DNA of 64,000 nt from Cenococcum geophilum (Eukaryota): assembly GCA_050273025.1 (NCBI GenBank), contig CP158635.1, positions 1,922,001-1,986,000 on the forward strand, in the 5' to 3' direction. Below the pieces are notes generated by a model. That model worked only from the letters and a program-made list of their open reading frames with translations, was not told the DNA's origin and searched no databases. Numbering within the stretch: the stretch's first letter is position 1; each line of letters begins with the position of its first letter. This document shows, piece after piece, positions 40,742-52,100 of this stretch. The translations under genes and the position numbers were made by a program.

Positions 40742-43700
40742 CTAATAATGTTTTTTGCGAAAGTCTCTATTAAAGTATACTAATGGCCTCTTTCGCGTTG
40801 GAACACTTAGGATAGAGTAGTCGCACTTACGACAAAAGACTTCCTTAGGGTTAGAATGGCTGGGTTCGCTAAAGTCAGCATTAAGTCTCTATCGCTTAAC
40901 AAACCAAGTAATTAAATTGGGAAAGCCACTAATCTTTCGGCGGTATAACTGATTTAACCGCAAGTATATAGTTACTTTCTAACTAAGGTAATAGACGGGG
41001 AATCTAACGGCCTTATTATAGATTCTACAATCTATACATAGATCACCCTCATTTAGATTACCTAAGTTAGTGTTTTAATCAGTTAAGAACTAGGCAGACG
41101 GGAATTTTTATACCAAATCGCAGACCAGCGCTTAGGCATTTAGACTCTAACAACATATAGATCTACAATATTCATACTAACGCCCTTAAAAGCTTAGCAT
41201 CTCGCTTAATTTAAAGAAGAAAGAGGCCGACTGTAGTGCTTATTTAATGGCTAGAAGGATATATTATTGTAACTAAAGATATAGATGCGTTTCCCTTCGA
41301 AGATCTGCTATTTTACCTATCTCGTCCAGTGCGGGCTAGTATTTAAAGGGTATGTTAATCCGGAAGTAGCTTCTTAGAGCTTTCTTATCTACTAGTAGTG
41401 ACTTGAGTCGATTTAAATGCTTAACGTGGTTATTTTGAGCTACTAGTATAGTCCCAAACGACCTTAGGAGCCGAGGTATAGGACTATCCTAAAAACTATA
41501 TTATGTAGACGGGGCTTTAGGGGAACTAGGCTGTTAAGTAAACCCTAAACTAATAGATACGGTCAGATTAGGGTCCGCGTTAAAGGCAATACAACTCTCC
41601 CAATAGATTAGATTTATAGGGTTGTTATACTTTTTAATACCTCTATCTTGAATAAAACCGACAGCAGGGATAAACTTGGCTAAAAAGATACTAGATAAAT
41701 CTATTAGAACTTTAATAGAGTAAGTAAGAGTATATTAAACGTATATGGGTGCAGCAGACGTAGCTTATGCACTATAAATTGTTAGTCTATACATATAAAT
41801 GAGATAATTAAAACTCACGCTTGCTATATTAATACTTTATCACGAGGATTAGTTGATCTAACGTACTTATAACCTAGCTGTATATTAGGACAGAGTTTAA
41901 ATGGCTTGGGTTAAATTTACCGCAATCTTTTCGACGTTCTAATACGCCATTATAATTCGATAATATGCATAGCGCGCCCTCGGATATTATTGTGGCTATT
42001 ATAGCAACTTTCGTACTAGACGTCCCAAACTTCACCATATTAAACAGCTGGTCATTTATTCCGAATGCATCTTTAAGACAAAACTCAAGTTTGGTAACCT
42101 TAGAACGGCTTTTAGTAAACTAAGAACCTAAAAACGAAATTATATGAAAGTATAGTAAAAGCCTAGCAAGACGCTGTATAGCGAAAACTTGTTTAGCCAG
42201 CGTCTTAAACATAAAAATGTAATTTTGGATGCTCTATTGTATCCGGAAAAGCTAGAGAACAGTAAGACCTCCTATAGAAGTTAGTTTATTCTATATTATC
42301 GTATAATTAAACCCTACCTAAACTAGTACCTAGAGCGAAGTCAAAATCATCCTAAAGGGGATATAGGAGGTCCCAAACTTGCTCTAAATTTCTTAGTATT
42401 AGCAGTAATAGCTCTCCTTAGATACCGCCTCCGTCAATCGCTAGTAAACGAGTACTAGCAGTTAATAGAAGGAGCTTTACTCCTAGCGGCCCTTTAGATT
42501 GGCATAATATGTACTTAGAGACTTTAAAGTAATATTTAATGCCTTATATCGGCGTGCCATATCTACGGACGCAAACATTACATATTAAATATCTATAAAT
42601 AAGTGTATATTCTGGTTTTCTACAAAGGCAGAATAGGCAAGTTCTATTTAATTTTAGTTGGGGAATACTCTGTTCAAGTTCCTATAGATTCTGCCGGTAT
42701 AGCTAGGAAGAAGGGATGTTATCTATATCTAAATTAGATAGTATAGTTACGAGATTATCCTCTATTAAGCGACACTAGTTGTAAGCTAATAGGTGCTAAA
42801 GATAATACTATTTAAAATATACTGCTTAGCAGTAATCGTAATAGAGAGTTCGGAAAAGGGCTCTAGGATAAAAACCTTATATATTTAGTAACTAGCAGGA
42901 ATCGAGGGTCTTAAAATCTTACGATATATTCTAGGGGGAGAACTATCTATAAAAATAGCTAAGGCAATATACATAGCGGCGTCATTAAGGGAGACTTTAT
43001 ACTGGTAACAAAGTTATAGGAATAAGCCTAGGTGGGCGGAAAACTAATTATTAATATTATTTCCTTCCCTAGACGCACGGAAGAAACTAAAAGGTAGACT
43101 TATAGTTATGGTGAAATGAATTAACGCTTTATAGAAAAATACTTAAAGGTAAGTTACGGAGAATAGTGCCTGCTTAGTAATTTTTGCTCGTTGAGTATAG
43201 TCAGCCTCTTATAGTAGAGCATCTTTAAGTAAAAAGTAGCGCGTAGTTGGCGATACTTCCACAGCATCTAGCAAGGCTATAATTGTTACGCTAGAGAAGG
43301 ATTTTAACACGTCTAGTAGGCTCTTAATAAAGTCCGCAGAGTTAACTGTTTATATAATGATGATAATAATATATAGTCGACTTATTACCGATTCCTGGCC
43401 TTATTCTGCCTATCTATAAAGAAGATTTAAAACCTCTTCTAAACTTAAAAAATCCTCTACAAAAAGGCAAAGGACGTTAGTAAAGGGGAGAAGCAATAGC
43501 GAGTAAATCCTATCAACCACATCTCTAGTCTTAGGCTTAGGATATTAGTCGCTAACCTAGTTAAGCCTATACCGCTTAGTCTTATAATAGCAGTCTACCG
43601 TTTTACTAAGTTTAATAGGAAGGTTTTCTGGATTAGCCTCGGTGAAGAGTATTAGATTTTCAGTGCCTGCGGTAGTTGGGTCAATATTTAGCCTAATTAT

Positions 43701-43919
43701 ACCTTAAACGCTGCGCCGTTTGTAGTTAATCGCGGGAAAGAGAGCTCTTAGTGCTTATTTTTTATTCTTCTTTCCAATAAAAAGGAGTAAAGATAGATAC
43801 TGAGTGTCTGTGTGCGTTATATCGGCTATAAGTTTTTAGAGTTGTCCCTTATAGGTTATTGACCACTTATTACGATCTCTATGGAGTTTCAACCACTCAT
43901 TATACGGATAGGTAATTAT
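40742..43919 (-). pseudogene. Patatin-like phospholipase (fungal long form with RING-like Cys/His region)
   Basis: Minus strand: CLFCLCRKPE..ICNVCVRRYG (~42560-42640), RLLAIDGGGI (DGGG 42424-35), DFALGTS(S)G nucleophile elbow (~42318-40), ATIISEGALCILSNYNG, FIQD(G)G..NNP (~41605-50), YFRIN..PALDE and RRKISGFP. Confidence 0.92.
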
Positions 43920-44679
43920 ATTAGCAGAAACGGGTTCTAGGACGAAAGCTGATCTTTAGGCTAAATGGAATTTTTCTATTTTATATTGCTGCGTACGTCT
44001 TTAGTTACTCTTTTCTAATAGCATAATTAATTAGCCGGCCACCACCTTTCTACTACTAACCTACCCAGCTATATCCCCGGACTATAATAAAGAGGATTAA
44101 AATTCTAATACAATGCTTACTAAGCTTGAATTCTCTATATATTACATAAAATACTTTATAAGGCCTTATCCGCCATAAACTCATATAAAGAGGTGTGCAT
44201 TCTTAAGACGATTAAGGAAAAAGAATTAGAATCGTGTAATTTTGGTTAATCGGCCAATTATAGATCCCAATCTTTATATCTAGCTAGGCAGGGAGCAGAG
44301 CTATAAACCCCTTCTACTAAATAGCCGCAGTAGTTGTTAAAAGTTTAACAGAGCGACGCCACAAGGTCTACTGACTGGGAGATTAGCAAATATAAACTAG
44401 TAGTAAAGACAATATAAGTATAGAGTTATAGTAAACTTCTGAGAAGATAGCAATGTTAGTAAACCTATTATACTTACGCCTCTATCCCAATACAATACTC
44501 AAGCCGACGTTATATGTTCTTTAATCCCTTTAGGTTAATAATTAGATAAAATTAAGCGCTTATACTAAAATCCTCGACTTAAATTTCTAGCAATGTAATA
44601 TTTCTCTATAGATATAAAAGTCGGCTTTCCCCTCGCCACGTCCCAATTCGAGAAATTCGCACTCACTAAATTTCGTCTA

Positions 44680-47344
44680 AATCTTCGTTAGACGGGCGAA
44701 GTTCGGGCCCAGTCTACGTTTCAGGGGGTAGCGTAGGTTAGATTTCTTACTGGATAAGTCTTACGCTTCTTATAGAATTGTCAGGAGTTGGTAGCTGGTC
44801 CTTTAGTACTTTTTGTTTTATAGCCTTGCTACCGTGAAATAGATCTATATATTGAGAAAAAGGCTTCCTAAGAAACCGTATATCTAGTGACTTAGATCCT
44901 CCATTTAGAATAAAAATAACCTACGGAAAATTTATGTTTATTAAATTAGCTCTATTATAGATATCTATAATATCTATCAACTATAGAAAGTCCGTAATAA
45001 CGCATCCGAATTTCTAAGGCGCTCCAATAAAGTTATTGTTAAAATATCCGTCTGCAATTTCGGAAGCTATATTTTTTATAGCGGAGCTATTATTCCCTAC
45101 CCTACTATATTTTAAGGTTATAATTTAAAAGAAAGCAACCTAATTTATAATCTTGCATTTATTAGATAGAGATTTAATAGTAAAAAGGGCGCTTTAAGCA
45201 GTTATTATAGTAGTTTCAGGAGGCCGCTAGACTATAAGGTGACCCATTTAACTTTACTCATTACTCCCCTACTGCTGCTCGTAGCTCTGCTGCTGCTCGT
45301 AGCTCTACTGCTGCTTGTAGCTCTACTGCTGCTCATAGCTCTGCTGCTGCTTATAGCTCTACTGCTACTTATAGCTCTGCTACTACTTATAGCTCTACTA
45401 CTGCTCATAGCTCTACTACTACTCATAGCTCTGCTGCTGCTTATAGCTAGCCAAATAAGCACTTTTAGGCACTTCTGACGCAGGTACTTACATCTCTTTT
45501 ATCTAAAGGTCGAAATCGTTCGTATCTTGCCGCCCAAAAAAGCAAAAGAAAATAAATCGTTTAACTGCGAACGATGTAAGCATAGCTTTTAGACTAACTA
45601 TGTTATTTATACTATATAATATAGGTAAGAATAAAAGGTTCTTATTAGAGACATAAGAAGCCTATAGCGGTTTACCGCATCTATAATTAATAGGCTTACC
45701 ACCAAAATTAACGCTTAGAGTAAGAGTGGGGCCTAGGAGTATTTACCGCTTAAATTTAGCATAAAGCACTTCTAGTTAGCGGTCTACCTCTAATTTAAAA
45801 TCCTCGTCACTAATTTTATATAATTCTTTAGGTCGCCAATTACAAAGGGAAACCCAGATTTCTACTTTATTAGGGTCTTCCCTTAGAAGTTCCTTAATAG
45901 GCTTTGACTTAAACCCGAGATTACTAGCTAGCCTTATAAACTTATACTAAGCCCTCTTTCTAGCGGAGTTATTACTCTTTTTACCACTTTTAATATTATC
46001 CTTCTTACTTCTTCTATCTACTAATGGAGATATATCGGTCATGCTAGGAAAATGTCGTAGTAAGTATAAGCAGAGTTGATAATAGCGGATAAGTAATTCC
46101 GGGGTATTTAGTACGCAACACTCTCTATTTAGACCAAATTAAACTAAATAATAACCGTCGTGCTCTAATAAGCCTGTATAGCAACGCGTAATTATCTCTC
46201 TTATAAAATCTTTATAGTTCAGCAGTAGTATTCCCCTTAAGATTATTATTACGGGTTTAAGATACTTTAAATCTTTAAAGAATGTTTTAAATATTAGGAT
46301 CATGCCCAGTACCTTAAGTAACTAAGTTAGGACCTTTAGGCGTAGCGAATTTAGCATATTAGGAAAAACCTGACCGGTGTTTACTAATATTATTACTAGA
46401 TTTTTGTCGTTAGAATACGCTAACGGCGTAAGGGATTATAGGTTCCGGACCATACTCTCGCCAAGAAAAGGTAGTATTAACTTATTGTTATCAGTAATAA
46501 ACTTCTAAACTCGCTATATATGCCCGATATAGTAACAGATTTCCTATTATTTGTAAGTAATGTGCTAAAAAATCTTAATTGTAGGAAGTAAACCTCTGGG
46601 TACTTCCAACTCTATATTATAGGAAAACATCTAAGTTTAAAGTCCCCCCATAACCCTATATACGGCAAAAGCGTATCTATTACATAGCCTAACCATTTAT
46701 GTTTAGGTTATTGGATCCGGTTTATAACTTTACCCTACTTATTATCACTTAGTTAAAGGAGCCATCTCTATTCGCCTAACGTATCCCTACAAGATTGATA
46801 GAAGCGGACTAGTTGGTATACTTCGCCGTTAGTAGCTTTTTAAGTGTATAAGTACCTTTCTTGAATATATATCCCCGTTCGCTTAGATATACCTATCCCT
46901 GTTAGATTAATTAACTATAGATAAAGCTATAAACAAACCCGATGAATATAGGTTAGCACACCACTATTTATCCTCTAAGAAGAGCACATTCTAAGCTGCC
47001 GCAATGCGATGCCTGCTATGCAAGTAAAGTAAAGACGTGTTGTTTTGTATGGGGAGCCTCGGTGGTTCTTGGTAAAGTAGTTTTAGTAGGTATTTTCTAG
47101 TACCAGATTTCTGGACCAACATGTCGAATTTCGTAGGGTCGATGATCGCAGGGACGTAATTCCCTGGATTAAGTCGAGCGCAATCCTGTTTAAAAACTTT
47201 TTCTAAATAAGAGATATGGTCTAGATCAAGATGCTCTTCCTTAGGCCCGTGAAATTTTAGATACTGTAGAGCAATCTTTACCGTGCTGAGAAAGTGTTTC
47301 TATAGGTCTCTAGAAATAGCTTCATCCTATAATATATTTGCCAT
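44680..47344 (-). pseudogene. DUF3723-family protein (Starship-associated), RIP-pseudogenised
   Basis: ATG at 47344, then CARLNPGNYVPAII, LYLHSRHRIAAA (de-RIP CLHGRHR), (D)GEVYQLVRFY..E*RW, LLPYIGLW, EEICYYIGHI, FKTFFKDLKYLKP and LTSFAVKRFIFFCFFG, all matching my recollection of DUF3723 motifs. 3' end uncertain. Confidence 0.85.
45269..45448 (-). repeat. 18-bp tandem repeat x10 encoding SYEQQQ within the DUF3723 C-terminal tail
   Basis: Ten units of CTRCTRCTRCTYRTAGCT. The frame continuing from FFCFFG reads AGC TAY GAG CAG CAG CAG, with CAG>TAG changes. Confidence 0.9.
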
Positions 47345-47387
47345 AATTATAGGTTATAGAGGAATTAGCCAGTATTAAATCTCTTTA

Positions 47388-48460
47388 CACCTCCTAGCTA
47401 GTTCGTAGAATTACCTAGCTCGCACGATTTACTGGTGGTTATTTTTAACTTTATAAAGGCAGCAAAACAGGCTCACACTTAGACCCTACCATTACCTAGC
47501 TCGTACAATCGCCTAGCTCGCGCGATCACCTAGCTTATAGGATTGACTAGCTTGCAGCTAAGCGTTAATAAAGGGCACTAGATCACGATCACCTAGCTCT
47601 TACGATCTCCCACGAGCGCCTAGCTCCCACAAGCACTCAGCTCGCACGACTACCTAGTTTGTAAGATCGGCCAGCTCCTACGGGCACCTAGCTTACACGA
47701 TCGCCTAGCTTGTGGGATTGGCCGGCTCCCATAAGCACCTAGTTCGCACAATCACCTAGCTCGCACGATTACCTAGCTCGCAAGATCACCTAGCTCGTGG
47801 GATTACCTAGCTCGCAAGATCACCTAGCTCGCGGGATTACCTAGCTCGTGGGATCACTTAGCTCGTAGGATCACCTAGCTCGTAGGATCACCTAGCTTGT
47901 GGGATCACCTAGCTCGCGGGATTATCTAGCTCGCGGGATTACCTAGCTCGCGGGATCACCTAGCTCGCGGGATTACCTAGCTCGCGGGATCACCTAGCTC
48001 GCGGGATTACCTAGCTCGCGGGATTACCTAGCTCGCGGGATCACCTAGCTCGCGGGATCACCTAGCTCGCAAGATCACCTAGCTCGTGGGATTACCTAGC
48101 TCCCACGAGCATCCAGCTCGCACGATCACCTAGCTCGCACGATCACCCAGCTCGCACGATTACCTAGCTCATAGGATCGCCTAGCTCGTAGGATTGAAGC
48201 CGGAGTTGCTAAACCCATTAATATTCTATTTGCACGCTAGGCGTTAATTAGAAGGCGCTAGGTTAGACACCCTACTCGTACGATCACCTAGCTCGTAGGA
48301 TCCCCCAGCTCCTACAAGCACCCAGCTCGCAGGACCGAAGCCACAGCCACTAAATCCGTTAAAATCCTGGCTACACGTTTAGAGGGCGCTACGCTTGTCC
48401 ACCTAGCTCGCACGGTCACCTGGTTCGCACGATCATCTAGCTCGTACAACCACCTAGCGT
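47388..48460. repeat. 17-bp tandem array (consensus GATYACCTAGCTCGYGG / ..CGCAC), dense core ~47735-48195 with degenerate flanking units
   Basis: About 27 contiguous core units are readable directly. Further degenerate units at 47388-47730 and 48280-48460. Confidence 0.95.
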
Positions 48461-48941
48461 ATATCTTTTCATGATTTACTATAAATTCCGCGTTCTTCCA
48501 AAAAAAATTCTACACGCTCCTAGGTAGAATGCCTTAAATCAATCGAAGTTTAATTCTAGAGCTGCTCAAGGTGATTTATATATTGTCGACCTAAATCGGA
48601 CTTGTTTTACTACCGTCTTACTTTAGTATAATATTAACTATCTAGTTTGACTTAGGAGTCTCTAAGTATGTAGATATATATAATAATCAGTATTAATCCA
48701 TATAAGGTGTAGCAGGCTTTACAAGATAATTTAAATATTATCCCGTGCAACTATATATAAAAACTTAGAAAAGAATATATACTAGCGTCTATATATTGCT
48801 TAGCAGTGTCCATCTTAGCAACGCACAATGCTAAGACCTCCTGCAATATTCGCGAATATCGAACGCAGTCACTACGTGGCTAATTCGCTTTTCCCACCCG
48901 CCATCCCTTACACTCAGTATGCATTATATATAGATAGCGCT

Positions 48942-49134
48942 TTAAGGCAATTCTTTAGCAGGTGCTAGGAACTAGCAAAACCGCTAAGAACCCGCCTTAG
49001 TGCGACTACCACAGTTAGATAGTTTTGCAGCCATAGGCTTGCGGTCGGGGATATCTGGTCACTTTAGGGCAAATCCTTAGCAGATTTAAGTGCTAGGTAC
49101 TAGCAAAACCGCTAAGAACTAGCCCTAGAGTGAC
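48942..49134. repeat. Imperfect ~65-bp direct repeat pair
   Basis: GTGCTAGG(A/T)ACTAGCAAAACCGCTAAGAAC occurs at ~48962 and ~49090 with similar flanks. Confidence 0.8.
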
Positions 49135-49199
49135 CTTATAGCCCTGCGTCTCCCAATTATACGGTTAAAATCAATATCCCCTCACGTAACTGCGATAGA

Positions 49200-52100
49200 T
49201 TTCAGCCAGGCAGGTATTACGAAATGACTTAAGCTGGCTGGTAGGTAGAGACACAGAATTGTACGAGTGATCTGTTCTATTCAAGGTGGCTCTCGAGGGT
49301 CTATATATACACGAGGAAGATGCTAGAATAGGAAAGGAGGGAGGTACAGGCAACAGAGATACGTACTAAGACATACGAAATACGAGGGTAAGCACTAGGG
49401 TAGTCTTTACATAGGGTACTAGGCATTAAAGACAATTGTAATACGGTCGAAAGCTACCTCCGTGGCCAACACACCCCCTTAGATCTGACGTAGAGCGGCA
49501 GAGCTGGATTACCGGATTAGGCAGTCGGGATAGACGACCTGGTGGTGAGCTTTGCTGCTGTCCGAGTGTCAATTTACCAGATGTCTGATATCGCGGAGCC
49601 CTACTACATCGACGAATTTTTGATGATTTTGCTTTGAGAGAGCTTTAGTTAGTCCATCTGCAGCCATTTCGCTCGTCGGTACCCACTGTACGACGAAGCT
49701 TCCATTTTGGACCTCTTGGCGAAGCCAGAATTGATGGATATCTACGTGTCGGAGCTTTGTAGATACCGTAGGAGTCTCTTTCGTCACGATCCGTACTGAC
49801 TGCTGATTGTCACAATTGATAATGACGTCCTGTTCTGGGTCGAATCTGATGGCCTTGAATATCCGCACCATATGCTCGACCTCCCCACCGACGTGTGAGA
49901 GAGCTAGGAGTTCTGCCTCCGTAGTAGACTTAGTCACTGCCTTTTGTCTAGTTGCCTGCCATGCTATAGGCCCATTGAATAAGCTTATCAAGAAGCCCTG
50001 TGAGCTCCGACGTGTTGGAGCATCGTCAGCAAAGCTAGCATCAGAAGCAGCTTTCAGAACCTGGTTTATCTCATGCGGCGTGATAGTAGAGAACTCGAGA
50101 GCGAGGTATCTGGTATCGTAGAGATAGGTGAGCAATCTGTTGATCTCCGCAAGATGAGCTGGTGACGGATTTTGCAAGAACTCAGCCAGCTTGCTGACAG
50201 AAAAAGCGACGTCTGGTCGTGTAGTAGATGCAGGATACGTTGCAGAACCTACACGGCGTTGATATCCTTTCATCTGATTCGGCGTAGCTTCTCCTTCGTA
50301 CGGTGTCAATTCCTGGCCCGATAGTGGTGTAGCTGATGGCTTTAGATATTCTAGATGGTATACCGAGACTAGCTTCTCGAGATACTGATCTAGACAGAGC
50401 CAGAGCTTTCCCTTTTGTCGATCTCGCACGACACGAGTATTTAGGAATGACGTGAATTGAGGTATTTTGCGGATCTCGAATCGATCTTGTAGCTGCTTTA
50501 GGATGTCCTCCATCTGCTGTCGACAGCTCGGGTGTCCTACAATTAGGATGTCGTCGACGTAGAAGAATACAAAGATAGGTTCGGTAGGGTGTACGTAGAG
50601 ACATGGCTCATCCGGTACCGCTTTTAAACCCATGCTTTGCAGAGCAGCAGACATTTCCAAAAACCACAATTTTGGAGATTTCCGTAGTCCGTACATTGCC
50701 TTTCTTAGACGGAGAGAGAATCCAGGTGGTAGGTCTACACCCTTGGGGGGAATGAGGTAGACCTCATCGTCAACCAAGGCATTGACGAAGGCGTTGACGG
50801 CGTCAATCTGTATGACGTCCAGGTCGAAGCCGGCGATGAGAGCGCAGAGCAGACGGAAGGTCCGATAGGCTGCCGTAATAGCTTTGACCTCCTCTTGTGA
50901 GACTGCTTGAAGGTCTCCGCGGACGACCAGACGAGCTTTGAATCTCGTAATGAAGCCGTCCGAATCTTCCTTGTACGTAAAGACCCACATAGTAGGAAGT
51001 CGATGAACCTTCTTGACTAGTCGTACCTCGTCCCAGGTGTGTTTTCCCATTAAGGCCTTTGTCTCGGTGTGAGCAGCTGCTTTGAACTCCGTAGCGTACC
51101 TATGATTGAGCATCTCTTTCCATGACTTTGGTGGTGGTGGAAAGTCGTCTCGATGTCCGTACGTCTTCGTAGCAGCAGTATAGAACGCGTGAGCCAATGG
51201 TGTCGTATCTGGATTGATGATATCATCACCGTCACTGTTTTGAACCGCAAAGGCTCGTCGTCGTAGATCCTGATTTGGCATATCTTTCTTCTTTGCCGTA
51301 GGCCGCTTTTCACGGCCAGAACGTCTCTCACCCCCTGACGATGAGCCTGCTGTCGTCTGAGGTTCGGAACGAGGTGTAGGGTCTACGAACGGTGGTTCGG
51401 TGACTTCAGAAGATGACTGAGTGGTAGATGATGTCTGTGGCGTAGATGCCACCGTAGATGGTGATTGCTGAGGCGCCGAAGACGCTGATGGTATAGACGG
51501 TTCTGGAGTTAGCTCCGGGGTAGGTAGCTGACGGAGTTCTTCTGTTGAGATCTGAATGCTTTTTGACGTAGGAGTAACGTCGATACTTGCCAAATGCGGC
51601 AGTCTTACATCCAGTTCTTCGTCAAAGTTCTCCATCCAGTCCTTGCTGCCATCTTGAAGATTATCCAGTAGGTCCTGGACTTGCTGAAAACGGTCCTTTT
51701 GAGCCTGCGAGATAATAAGGTGTTCTGGTGTTTCGGGAGATTGATATCTCTTTGACTCATCAATTCGTACATCACGAGATCGGATGATGCGGTTGGTGGT
51801 TGGTATCCATATCCTATAGATATTTGACGCTTCCATACCAACGAGATAGCCTATTTGGGCTCGTGGCTCAAACTTTGCCTTCCTAGGAATGCCGTGTTTG
51901 ATGAGCACGTAGGTCAAAGATCCGGCTACACGAAGCCCTGCTAGCCATGGCTTCCGTTTATACAGCATCTCAAATGGGGTCTTCCAGTCGATGGACTCAA
52001 TGGGAGTTCGATTGAGTAGGAACACTGCAAGGAGCACGAACTCGGGCCACAGATCCACGGGTAACTTTGCTTCAATGACAGCAGTCCTTGCTCGTTCGGA

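Noticed and set aside
45232..45478. ORFs MSSSRA-repeat and poly-Leu LLLLIA as real proteins
   Set aside because: They are alternative frames of the 18-bp repeat. The frame continuous with DUF3723 is SYEQQQ.
47388..48460. CRISPR array
   Set aside because: Units are contiguous 17-mers without unique spacers, no cas genes are present, and the context is eukaryotic.
49171..49199. Copia-2 interrupting the last codons of the NTase-motif gene
   Set aside because: The frame crossing the TSD did not match the frame I could follow upstream, so the gene probably ends near 54800.
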